NCBI GenBank assembly: GCA_963827655.1
Contig: CAWHCF010000025.1
Coordinates: forward strand, 1 to 64,000
Length of the DNA: 64,000 bases
From: an uncultured Acidobacteriota bacterium
GTDB lineage: Bacteria; Acidobacteriota; UBA6911
Reading direction: 5' to 3'
Shown: piece by piece, positions 23,163 through 33,208 of the stretch
How positions within the stretch are numbered: the stretch's first letter is position 1
Layout of the letters: each line of letters opens with the position of its first letter
The notes under the pieces: generated by a model
The model's input: the letters and a program-made list of their open reading frames with translations, nothing else
What the model was told of the DNA's origin: nothing
Database searches by the model: none
Made by a program: the position numbers and the translations under genes

Positions 23163-24977
23163 ATGTCTCGTTCATTCCGAATTTCACAGGGGATTTTGTG
23201 GATGAGTCTCGCAGGCACATGGCTGGGCGAAGCCCAGACCGAGAATGGAAGACAAACTATGCGGCCGGTGATTCGAGGGAAACAGTACGCGGCCACCTCG
23301 ATGAGACCGGAGGCAACCCAGGCTGCCGAACGCATCCTGCGAGCCGGCGGCAATGCATTCGATGCCATAGTCGCGGGCCAGGCCGTTTTGTCACTAACCG
23401 ATGCCGCCGGCAACGGGATCGGCTCGGACGCGGTGCTCCTGGTCTACGACTCCAAGTCGAAAAAGGTGTTTTCTGTCAATGCGGAAGGGACGGCTCCTCG
23501 GCTGGCCACCATTGACTGGTACAAGAAAAACATGGGAGGCAAGCTTCCGGTCAACGACGGGCTGCTTTCCGCGACGGTACCCGGAGTCGTCGATGCCTGG
23601 TACACGCTTCTCGATCGATGGGGAACGATGAGCTTCGCCGAGGTTCTGCAGCCGGCGATAGACATGGCGGAAAACGGTTTCCCGCTGGGTGATCGCCTGG
23701 CAGGGGGTATAGCGAGTTCGAAGAAGCTGCGGAAGTATCCCACGAGCCTGAAGCTCTATTTCCCGAACGGAAAAGCGCCGGAGCCGGGCGATATCTTCCG
23801 CAACGCGGATCTGGCGCGCATGCTCAAGAAGCTGGTCGAGGCGGAGAAGGAAAAGACCGCGGCTGGCCGCCGCGAGGCGCTGCGCGCCGCGCGCGATCGC
23901 TTTTACAAGGGAGACATCGCGCGCGAAATGGCGCGTTTCTCAGAGGAGAACGGCGGGCTTTTTCGCTATGAGGATTTCGCCCAGTACACGGCTCTGGTTG
24001 AGACGCCGGTTTACGTGGACTATCGCGGTTTCAAGGTCTACAAGAATCCATCTGCCTCCCAGGGACCCGCCGAGCTGCTGGTCCTGAACTTGCTGGAAGG
24101 TTATGACCTCAAAGCCCTGAAGCATAACAGCGCCGAGTACATTCACGCGGGCGTCGAGGCCGTCAAGCTGGCCTTTGCCGATCGCGACAAGTACATGGGC
24201 GACATGAATTTCATACAGATCCCGTACGAGGGGCTTCTGTCCAAGGAGTACGCTGCGCGAGCGCCGGAAACTGATCGATCCCGAAAAGGCTTCGCTCGAG
24301 TTCCGGCCTGGTTCAGCGGAAAAGTACATGAAGGGAGTGGAGCCGGTCGATCGTCCGCTCGATGTGCAGTTATCAGGGAAAGGGGACCACGAGGGGGATA
24401 CCAGCTACATCGCGGTGGTCGATAAGGATCGCAATATGGTCACCTTTACCCCCAGCAACCATAGCGGCTTTGGTACGGGAGTCGTGATGGGGGATCTGGG
24501 ATTCGTTCTGAACTGCCGCGGCGACTATTACTCCATGGTCCCGGGACATGCCAACGCGCTCGAGCCTGGGAAGCGTCCGCGCAGCACTCTTCAAGGCACG
24601 CTGGTTACAAAGGACGATCAGCCCCTCATGGTTCTCGGAAGTCCGGGGGGCGATGACCAATGCATGAGGACGATGCAGACCTTTCTCAACATGGTGGAGT
24701 TCGGCATGAATATCCAGCAGGCCATCGAAGCTCCCCGCTGGTCGACTCAAAGCTTTCCCTCCTCCCCGTTTCCTCACACGATGTATCCGGGCCGATGTCC
24801 GTGGAGCGGAGAATCTCGGAGGCCATCCAACAGCAACTGACGAAGAGGGGCCACAAGGTCAAGGTCGAAGGTTCCTGGTCCCTGGGAAGTAATGCCGGCA
24901 TCGTGGTTGATTCGAAGAAAGGCGTGCTCGAAGCTGGAGCGGATCCCCGCGCCTCCGCCTATGCGCTGGCATGGTAG
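23163..24977 (+). CDS. ggt: Gamma-glutamyltransferase family protein (frameshifts near 24260 and 24795)
   Basis: GGNAFDA, TVPGVVDAW, RDRFYKGDIA, catalytic GDTSYIAVVD, PGKRPRSTL, GSPGGD and AGADPR. Confidence 0.9.
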
Positions 24978-25053
24978 ATGAGAAGATAGGATTTTTCGCG
25001 TCTTTGTGTCTTCGTGGTGGGCTTTTGTTTCAGCTCTGACTCAGGAGATCCAT

Positions 25054-28000
25054 ATGCGGACCATCCCCCTTTACGGCTCTCTGACCATCGTCTGTTTACT
25101 TTCGACTTCCCTGCTAGCCCAGGGGCAGCGCGGCTCCATCGGTGGAACGATCACCGATTCCACCGGTGGGATCCTGCCCGGCGTCGCCCTGATCATTACC
25201 AACGATGAGACGGGGTCGGTGTTCAAGACAACTTCGCTGGAAAACGGCACCTTTCTTGCTGCGCAGTTGTTGCCGGGCAAGTACAGCGTCGTGGCCGAGG
25301 TTCCAGGTTTCAAGCAACTCAAGGTCGAACACATTCAGGTAAACGTCGACCAGGCGGTAAGCCTCAATCTGCAACTCCAGGTGGGCGAGATTTCGGAAAC
25401 CGTCAAGGTCGAAAGGGAGACCGCGCTGATCAATACCGAAACCAGCGCGGTCGGGCACGTGGTGCAGAACCGGCAGATCGTGGAACTCCCGCTCAATGGG
25501 CGGAACGTATTTGACCTGGTCAATCTGACTCCGGCGTCCTTCAGGTCTCAAGGCGGGCAGATCTCGATTGCCGGCGGCCGAACCCAGACCGCGTCCGCAA
25601 TGCTCGATGGAGTCTTCAACAGCCGGGGCGGGATCGCCGCCGAAGGGATCGAGATGAACCCGCCCATCGATTCGATGCAGGAGTTCAAAGTTCAGGCCAA
25701 CAACATGTCGGCCGAATTCGGCCGGGCGACGGGCGGGCTGGTCAATGCGACCACAAAGACCGGCACCAACGAATTTCACGGCGTGCTCTACGAATTCTTG
25801 CGCAATGACGTGCTCGATTCGAAAGGCTGGGATGTGGATGTAAAGGCTCCGCTGAAGCGGAACCAGTTCGGCGGGACCTTCGGCGGGCCCATCGTCAAGA
25901 ACAAATCTTTCTTCTTCTACAACTATGATGGATTTCGCGAACGCCGCGGAGTGGTGAGGACACGCCGGGTGCCGACCGAGCGCGAGCGAGCCGGCGACTT
26001 CTCGCAGACGACGTTTGAGTCGAGTGCCGGAGTTTCCGGCGGTATTCTCCCGATCCACGATCCGCAGACCGGGCTGCAGTTCCCTGGTAACGTGATACCG
26101 TCGTCGCGCCAGGATTCCGTCTCACTCAAAGTACTGGACTATGTTCCGCTTCCGAACCGGGCTCCCACCAACCCGATCACCGGCGCGGGCAACTGGCAGC
26201 AAAACAGCGTCAACCCGACCGACCGTGATTTTCACATTATCCGGCTGGACCATGACTTTACGGCCAACACCAAGATTTTCGGCCGCTACATTCTCACGGA
26301 ACCCGACGACAGCCCGGACGGCGCGACCCCCGGATTCGGTCTGGCTGATCCCGACGCGATCAACATCTTCAACCGCCGCCAGAACCTGTCGATCAATTTC
26401 CAGCAGATCATCACGCCGAGAATGGTAAGCACCTTCACCTTCGGAGGGGGCCGCGTGACCATATTTCGGCGGAGCCTCGGCTTTGGAGAGGAAATTCCGG
26501 ATCGACTGGGTCTGAACGGCGTCGAGCAGGACGCATTTCCGCGCTTCAATTTCGGCGCCGGGCGCGTGCCCTATGACCAACATCGGCACCGTCGGCAACC
26601 AGAACCGCGCCGCCTCCATTACCAACTCGCAGTTTACCGAGACCCTGACGTGGCTTACGGGAAAGCACAGCCTGAAATTCGGCGGGGAATACTGGGGATT
26701 CAACGCCAACGAGGTCAACCGCAACCAGGCTTCCGGCCAGTTCACCTTCGCCGCGACTCCCACGCAGGGGCGCAACGCTCAGGGACAGCTGATAGCAAAC
26801 TCAGGGCTCCCGCTGGCAACGTTCTTACTTGGGATGATTGACTCGGTGAATGTGCGGGTCGATCGCGGCATCGGCAAGAGGAGTCACTATACGGCCGCTT
26901 TCATTCACGATGACTGGAAGATTCACCCCCGGCTGACTCTCAATTTCGGCCTGCGCTATGAACTGGAATCGCCGGCCTCGGAAGTAGCCGACCGGCAGAA
27001 CAACTTTGATCCCCATACGCCCCACCCGCTGGCCGGCATGACGGTGGATGGCCAGGCGATCCCGGCAGGGACTCGAGGGGTGGTGACCTTTCCGGGTCGA
27101 AACGGCTACGGAAAGTACCTCGTGAACTGGGACCGGAATAACGTTGCGCCGCGCTTTGGTTTCGCGTGGCGTCCCTTTGGCCACAATGAATCCGTGGTGC
27201 GGGCGGGCTACGGCATCTACTTCGGTAGTCCTTACAATCGAGAGATCATTCAGCAGCTGCGTCTGGGCTTCGGCGGCGTCGCAACGGTCCGGACGCCAGT
27301 TCCCTTTCCCTTGCAGCAAGGTCTCCCTGCCGGAGCTCTCGAATTTCCTGCCGAAGCCGATCTGGTGCCCGAATTTGGCGCGATTGGAACTCGTTGGCCG
27401 CAGCAACAGGTCCAATTCCTGGATCCGAACCGTCGAACCAACTACACGCAGAATTTCAATCTTACGATTGCGCACCAGCTCAAGGATTTCGCGCTGGAGC
27501 TCGGCTATCTGGGAAACCTCGCGCGCAAGGTTCCTTTTCCCAACATCAACCTCAACCATATCCCGCCGGAGCTTTTGCCCCAGACCAGTATTCCTGCGCG
27601 GTTGCGGCGGCCTTATCCTCAGTTCCCGGGCGACACGGCACAGATTCAGATCCTGTCGCCCAACTGGGGAGTTTCGAACTACCACGCTTTTACCTTCAAA
27701 TCCGAGCGGCGCTTCTCGCAGGGGATCGGATGGATCTTCACCTATACCCTGTCGAAGTGGATTGACAACGTCGTGGCGAGCGGAGGGGATGACGCTACCT
27801 TCGGCGACGACGACCAGATCCAGAACATTTACAATATCAGCTCGGAGCGCTCCCTCTCAACCAACGACGTCCGCCATCGGGTGGTGATGAGCCCGATTAT
27901 CGACTTGCCGTTTGGCCGCGGGAGACGCTGGGTGCAAAACGGGATCGCGAATCAGGTGCTCGGAGGATGGTCGCTCAGCTCGATCGTTACTCTGCAGAGC

Positions 28001-28441
28001 GGTTCTCCCTTTGGGGTGCTGGTCAACAATGGCCCGCGCGACGTTCTCGGTGATCAGGCGGACGGCAAGAACTTGCGCCCGGACCTGATCGGCAATCCCG
28101 ACCTGCCCGACTCGCTGAAGGGGAAACCGGCTACGGGAGGCGTACGGGGCATTCAGTGGTTTGATCCGGAAGCGTTCGTGTCGCCGGCTCGCTTCACCCA
28201 CGGAAACGCGTCGCGCACGGTCATGACGGGCCCAGGCTACGTGAATTTCGACATCGCGGTGCTGAAGAATTTCTCCCTCACGGAGAGGCATCGGCTGCAG
28301 TTTCGCTGGGAGATGTTCAACGCCTTTAACACGCCCCATTTCGAGGCTCCGGCCAGCATCCTGGGCGCCGGTGGGTTCGGAATCTCCGGCGCGGGCGCCT
28401 CGGACCGCGAGATGCAGTTTGCGTTGAAGTATATGTTCTGA
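25054..28441 (+). CDS. Oar-type TonB-dependent receptor (one frameshift near 26570)
   Basis: GSIGGTITDSTG, ELPLNGRN, SAEFGR, TKTGTNEFHG, RNQFGGTFGGP, HDDWKI and REMQFALKYMF. Confidence 0.93.
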
Positions 28442-28522
28442 TTTACCGCAAAGACGCCAAGACACCAAGAAATCAAAACGGATAATTTCTTGGTGTCCTG
28501 GCGGTAAGTGGCTGGTTCTTCC

Positions 28523-29201
28523 CTACATCAAGTGTAATCCGCACTCCTGTCCCTGGTGCGAGGTTCCGGCAAAACGGCCCGCGCGCTCGAACTGCCCCTG
28601 GCGCCCTCCGCCCGCCCTTACCCTTCCCTGCGTCGTGCAGGGTTTGCACCCGAGCGAGGGAAAACCCGCGTTGTAAAGCGGATGATTGCTCAGGCTATTC
28701 TGTTCGATGTATTCCCAGACGTCTGCGTTGGTCCAGAATGCAATCGGATTCACCTTCGCGATCCGGCCCGGCTCGAGTAAACGGGTGTTTTTGCGATGTT
28801 CGGTTTCATCCCTGCGCAAGCCCGTGATCCAGGCATCGTAGTTAACCACCACGCTCTCGATCGCCGGGATTTTCATCTCGCAGCACTTGTACTGATCATT
28901 CTTGATGAAAGAATCGCCATATTCGGCATCGATCTTCCTGCGGGCATCTTCCGAGGGTCGAAGCCAGCGAAATCTCATGCCGGTTTCCCGGACGAGCTCC
29001 TCGGCGAAATTCAGTGTTTCAGGGAACTCGAAGCCGGTGTCGATTCCATAAGAATTCCATGTCCGGTTTTACCTGCAGCGCCAAGTCGACGACGACTCTC
29101 GAGTCCTTGCCAAAAGAGCAGGCAACAAAGATCCGGGGATATTTTTCAGCCGCATGCTGGATGATGAGACGTGAGATTTCAACTTTATCGTCAAGATTCA
29201 T
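28523..29201 (-). CDS. cysH: APS/PAPS reductase (Fe-S APS-reductase type); frameshifted
   Basis: ACSFGKDS, IDTGFEFPET, KCC, WITGLRR, SLGCKPCT and ECGLH. CC plus CxxC indicates the [4Fe-4S] type. Confidence 0.9.
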
Positions 29202-29272
29202 AGAGTGATTGTCTCCTGGGACAATGTTTGTTCAAAAATTGTTAGACTGCGAGAATTAAGGACGGAGTAGTG

Positions 29273-29380
29273 CTAGCTGATACAACAACAGCGTGAAGCG
29301 GTGTGGACTGAAGGATTCACTTCGAAGACACGGGAACGTAAGGACATTCCTGTGTTTTCTGCTGACGCGATAATTATCAT
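29273..29380 (-). CDS. 35-aa Cys-Cys-Cys short ORF (putative leader peptide)
   Basis: GGAGG RBS; ATGA overlap with the sulfite reductase stop; MIIIASAENTGMSLRSRVFEVNPSVHTASRCCCIS*. Confidence 0.6.
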   Translation of the reverse strand: MIIIASAENTGMSLRSRVFEVNPSVHTASRCCCIS

Positions 29381-31518
29381 GCTCGTTTACCTCCAGCTGC
29401 GGCGGCGAGGGGAGCCTCTCGCTCGCCGGAGAAACTTGCGCAGTAACCGAGAAACGTTCGGGCGAGATCCAGTATCTCTCTGGCGCCCGCTTCATCGGCT
29501 TCTCTTCGCTTCAAAGTGTCAAATTGAGACCACAGACTATTCCAGGCGCCGTCCGTCTCCCCCGATAACACGAAGATGTTTTCAAACTCCCAGAAGGCCT
29601 GTTCCGACGTAAAAGGATCCACCAGCCGGTTGTAGAGCGGGACTCTGGCTGCCTGGGCTGCCGCTTCGTACGCGGCAATCGACGCGTGTTCGTATTCATG
29701 GTGGTAGAAGTAGGCTTCACCTTGCGCCAGCCACTCCCAGGCGGCGTCCATAGCCGGGATCTTTTCCGCAACCGTGGATCCCGCGCATTCCCCTTTGATC
29801 CCCTGGCGCACGGCGAACCGTTCGTTTTCGTGTCCCCAGTCCTGATAGAAAGAAGGATCTTCTTCGAACGTGGCGACTCTCTTCAGCGGTTCCAAAAGCT
29901 CCTTCAGACGCTCGTCCCCTATCCGTGCCATGCAGGCGCCGAAATCCTCTTCGTCCTGCCGTTCTTTCTGGAACAAGTCCAGGAGAGCCTCGATCACGGC
30001 GACACCATTCTTGGCCGGAAACCTTCCAAGGATTCGGCCAATCTCTGCATCGTCGAGGTTCACCTTTCCGCCCAGAAACAAAAGATAAGCGGGAACCGTT
30101 CGCCCATCCTGCGAAAGCGCCGCAGCGTGAAACCCGATGTCGGCGACGGAGTGCTGGGCACAGCCATTGGGGCAGCCGGAGATCTTGATCTTCAGCGAGC
30201 GGGCGAGCTCGCGATATGGCGCCAGATTGCCCTCCAAAGCTTCTGAGATCGTGCTTCCCAGACCTTTGGCCGAGGCGATCCCGAGGCGGCAAGTATCGGA
30301 TCCGGGGCAGGTCGTGACGTCGGTTATGGTTTCAGCCCCACTTTCCGCCAGGCCCAAATCGGCGAGCGCGGAGTGAAGATCAGGAAGGTCCTGTTCTCTC
30401 ACCCAGGGAAGATAGAGGTTCTGACCGATTGAAATCCGCAACTGGCCGGCGGAGAACCGGCGTACCACCTGGGCCAGACTTCTGGCCTGCTCTGCCGGCA
30501 GATCTCCCAGCTTCATCCGCACGTGCACGCCGCGCAACCGCGGGTTCTTGTGCGGGATGACCGAATCGCGAACCCACTGCTGAAAGCCGGCCGCCTCGGC
30601 CCGCGGATTCAGAATGTTCAGCTCGGTGGAGGGCGATTCTATTTCGGGCTCCGGGGCGCGCGATTCGTCCAGGTATTCGTCGAGTGAGTCGATGGGGCCT
30701 ACCAGGCGCCGTTCTTCATCGAGCGCCTGGCGAAACGGATCCCATCCCATGGTCTGAATCAAGAACTTCATCCGGGCTTTCATGCGGGCTTTCCGCTCGC
30801 CATATCGATCGAAGAGCCGCAGGACCGAAACCGCGAGATTGAACAGCTGTTCTTCAGGAAGGAACTCCGTGTACAGGTGGCCCAGATGTGGAGCGCCGCC
30901 GAGCCCTCCCCCAAGGTACACTCGGAACCCGCGCCGGTCCTTTGCCTTGCCGTTTCGGATCCGCGCCAGGAAACCTATATCGTGAATTCTCAGGCCCGAA
31001 TGATCTTCCGCGCACCCCTCGAAGGTAATCTTGAATTTTCGCCCCAGGTTCTGGTTGTACTTGTTCCGGACCAGGTAGCGGAAAAGCGCTTCCGCGTAGG
31101 GTGAGACGTCGAAGGCTTCCGTGCTCGAGGTTCCCGCCCGATAGCAGGCCGTGATGTTTCGTACGGTATTGCCGCAGGCTTCGCGCGTCGTGATCCCGGC
31201 GTCGGCCAGAAAACGAAGCAGATCCGGAGCCTCTTCAAGCTTCAAGTAGTACAGCTGAACGTCTTCCCGCGTGGTGAAGTGCACAAATCCGCTGCCGTAA
31301 CGGTCGGCAGCATCCGCCAGACGCACTAACTGGTCCGCATTCAGAACGCCGCCCGGAATCTTGATTCGCTGCATCTGGACGCCCTCCTGACGCTGGGCGT
31401 ACGTGCCATAATGCAGGCGCAGCTTCTGCATCTTGACTTCACCGAGTTCTCCAGCCCGGTACTTCTTGATCTGGTCCTCGTAATGATCCAGTTCTTCGAG
31501 GATATAGTCAGGAACCAT
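29377..31518 (-). CDS. Siroheme [4Fe-4S] nitrite/sulfite reductase (assimilatory sulfite reductase by context) with helical C-terminal extension
   Basis: MQRIKIPGG, HFTTRED, EACGNTVRN, RKFKI, TCPGSDTCRLG and KISGCPNGCAQH; directly upstream of cysH. Confidence 0.92.
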   Translation of the reverse strand: MVPDYILEELDHYEDQIKKYRAGELGEVKMQKLRLHYGTYAQRQEGVQMQRIKIPGGVLNADQLVRLADAADRYGSGFVHFTTREDVQLYYLKLEEAPDLLRFLADAGITTREACGNTVRNITACYRAGTSSTEAFDVSPYAEALFRYLVRNKYNQNLGRKFKITFEGCAEDHSGLRIHDIGFLARIRNGKAKDRRGFRVYLGGGLGGAPHLGHLYTEFLPEEQLFNLAVSVLRLFDRYGERKARMKARMKFLIQTMGWDPFRQALDEERRLVGPIDSLDEYLDESRAPEPEIESPSTELNILNPRAEAAGFQQWVRDSVIPHKNPRLRGVHVRMKLGDLPAEQARSLAQVVRRFSAGQLRISIGQNLYLPWVREQDLPDLHSALADLGLAESGAETITDVTTCPGSDTCRLGIASAKGLGSTISEALEGNLAPYRELARSLKIKISGCPNGCAQHSVADIGFHAAALSQDGRTVPAYLLFLGGKVNLDDAEIGRILGRFPAKNGVAVIEALLDLFQKERQDEEDFGACMARIGDERLKELLEPLKRVATFEEDPSFYQDWGHENERFAVRQGIKGECAGSTVAEKIPAMDAAWEWLAQGEAYFYHHEYEHASIAAYEAAAQAARVPLYNRLVDPFTSEQAFWEFENIFVLSGETDGAWNSLWSQFDTLKRREADEAGAREILDLARTFLGYCASFSGEREAPLAAAAGGKRA

Positions 31519-31640
31519 GTCGATTTACGATTGACGATTTACGATTGACGATTGTCTGACGATTGACGATTGACACAACTAGCGCATGGATTGCCGTCAG
31601 GCCCCATTCGTTAACCGTCAATCTTAAATCGTCAATCAAC
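31519..31640. repeat. Heptamer tract (GACGATT/TACGATT)n with inverted partner
   Basis: CGATTTACGATTGACGATTTACGATTGACGATT... at 31521-31574; AACCGTCAATCTTAAATCGTCAATC at about 31613-31637. Confidence 0.85.
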
Positions 31641-31660
31641 ATGAAATCCTTATCACCAAT

Positions 31661-31699
31661 AAAAAAAGCCCCGATTCCGTTTCGGAACCGGGGCTTTTT
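31661..31699 (-). terminator. Intrinsic terminator (attenuator) upstream of the sulfite reductase
   Basis: On the minus strand AGCCCCGGTTCCG-AAA-CGGAATCGGGGCT followed by a T-run. Confidence 0.88.
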
Positions 31700-31729
31700 C
31701 CCCACCTGTTGGTCGTGAGTCTCTGTGCC

Positions 31730-31840
31730 TCACGGACCGTCAGACCGGTTCCGTTGGATAAAGGCCGTACAGATGCACCGACACGCTGCCTGGGTTTTGA
31801 GGTCAACGATTGGGTTCTTACCTGTCACTGCCAGCTCCAT
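31730..31840 (-). CDS. 36-aa Cys-containing attenuator leader peptide
   Basis: MELAVTGKNPIVDLKTQAACRCICTAFIQRNRSDGP*. Contains CGGAACCGG, complementary to the terminator 5' arm. Confidence 0.75.
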   Translation of the reverse strand: MELAVTGKNPIVDLKTQAACRCICTAFIQRNRSDGP

Positions 31841-31872
31841 GTCACCGATCTGTCTAATCTAAACTCGCCGGA

Positions 31873-31902
31873 ACCGTATCAAATACCCGGAGAGCTTGTC
31901 AA
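31873..31902 (-). promoter_or_regulatory. Sigma70-type promoter for the cys leader
   Basis: TTGACA (31897-31902), 18 nt, then TGnTACGGT extended -10 (31873-31878). Confidence 0.55.
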
Positions 31903-32049
31903 GAAAGATCTTACTGTCTTGATCTGCCCGCTGCCTTGGAGGCGGAAGCTTGCTTCGCCTTGTGCGACCACGATTGCACAGCCGAAAAGCAGCCGGGCAA
32001 TACGTTACCTCGTATAAGATGCCCTATCGAAGTCGCCCAAGTCCCCACG

Positions 32050-32207
32050 GTCTCGGCAAAGTCACTGATTCCAAGAATGACAAATGATCAATGACCAATG
32101 ATAGATGACCAATTCCGGATCGAGTGACTCCTCGCTCGATCCGGAATTTGTCATTTATCATTATTTATCATTGGTCATTGGTCATTTGTCATTTGATCAT
32201 TTCGAAG
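32050..32207. repeat. Palindromic heptamer-repeat element, copy 1 (MITE-like)
   Basis: (AATGACA/AATGACC)n-AATTCCGGATCGAG..CTCGATCCGGAATT-(GTCATTT/GTCATTG)n; shares both ends with 48721-48855. Confidence 0.8.
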
Positions 32208-32317
32208 GCGGGATCTTGCTCCCATCCCGGAGGTAGATCGAAAAATTGGAACAGCCGGCAAGACGGAACGTTAGACCCATTAGACGCTCCCATGCAACTC
32301 GTATCACGGAGGCAAGT

Positions 32318-33205
32318 ATGAAAATCTCTTTGTGGAAGGGCAAAGCCAAATGGATAACGCTGGCTGCCCTCCTGGTTATGGTGGTCGTCGTCGCAGTCAC
32401 CGTCGCTCAGACCGAAAGGCCCCGAGGAGCCACCCGGATCTATCTGAATGAGCCCGCTCCATATTTGGGGGTCGAGATCGAAGACGTGACGGCGGAAAAC
32501 ATGTCCTCGTATAAACTGCCCTCGGAGCGCGGAGTGATTGTGCGTTCCGTCGAGAAGGAGAGCCCGGCAGGGTATGCGGACTTGAAGAACAACGACGTCA
32601 TCGTGGAGTATGCAGGCACCCCGGTCTTCTCTGCCGCCCAACTGACCCGCCTGGTATCCGAGACCCCTCCAGGCCGCAAGGTGGATCTGGTCATCTCCCG
32701 CGACGGGGCCAAGATGACTGTTACGGCAAAGATTGCGGAAGGAGACAGACACGGGATTTTTGGGGATAGAGGTCAGGTCAAGATCGCGCCTCGCAGCGGC
32801 TCTTTTGCCGTTCCCGGCGGGCAAATGTTTCGATATTCCTTCCCGGAAGGCAAATTTGATCGGTTTGTCTATCAGGCGGAAAGAGAACGCACCCGGCTGG
32901 GACTCACTCTGGAAGATTTGACCGATCAAATGGGTGAGTTCTTGGCGGTTCCGGGCAAGAAAGGCGCGCTGGTGACGTCCGTTTCCGCAGGGTCGCCCGC
33001 GTCTGCCGCAAACCTCAGAGCCGGGGATGTCATCGTGCGCGCCGACGAGGAGATTGTGGCCGATCCTCGAGATCTGATCCGCGCGGTCGAGCGCAGGGGT
33101 TCGGGCTCAAGAATAGACTTGAAGGTAATTCGAGATAAGAAGGAGATCACGGTCCCGGTCGATCTCCCCGGCGCCGAGAGGAAGACCCGCGGCTACAACC
33201 TTTAA
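32318..33205 (+). CDS. Exported tandem PDZ-domain protein
   Basis: YLGVEIEDVT, SPAGYADLKNNDVIV, RLGLTLEDLT and SPASAANLRAGDVI; no protease domain. Confidence 0.88.
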   Translation: MKISLWKGKAKWITLAALLVMVVVVAVTVAQTERPRGATRIYLNEPAPYLGVEIEDVTAENMSSYKLPSERGVIVRSVEKESPAGYADLKNNDVIVEYAGTPVFSAAQLTRLVSETPPGRKVDLVISRDGAKMTVTAKIAEGDRHGIFGDRGQVKIAPRSGSFAVPGGQMFRYSFPEGKFDRFVYQAERERTRLGLTLEDLTDQMGEFLAVPGKKGALVTSVSAGSPASAANLRAGDVIVRADEEIVADPRDLIRAVERRGSGSRIDLKVIRDKKEITVPVDLPGAERKTRGYNL

Positions 33206-33208
33206 GAG

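Noticed and set aside
31660-31860. SAM-I riboswitch or T-box upstream of the sulfur genes
   Set aside because: Neither consensus (ATC.AGAG..GAGGGA..GGCCC or AAGGTGG.ACC) is visible; the leader-peptide model explains the structure.
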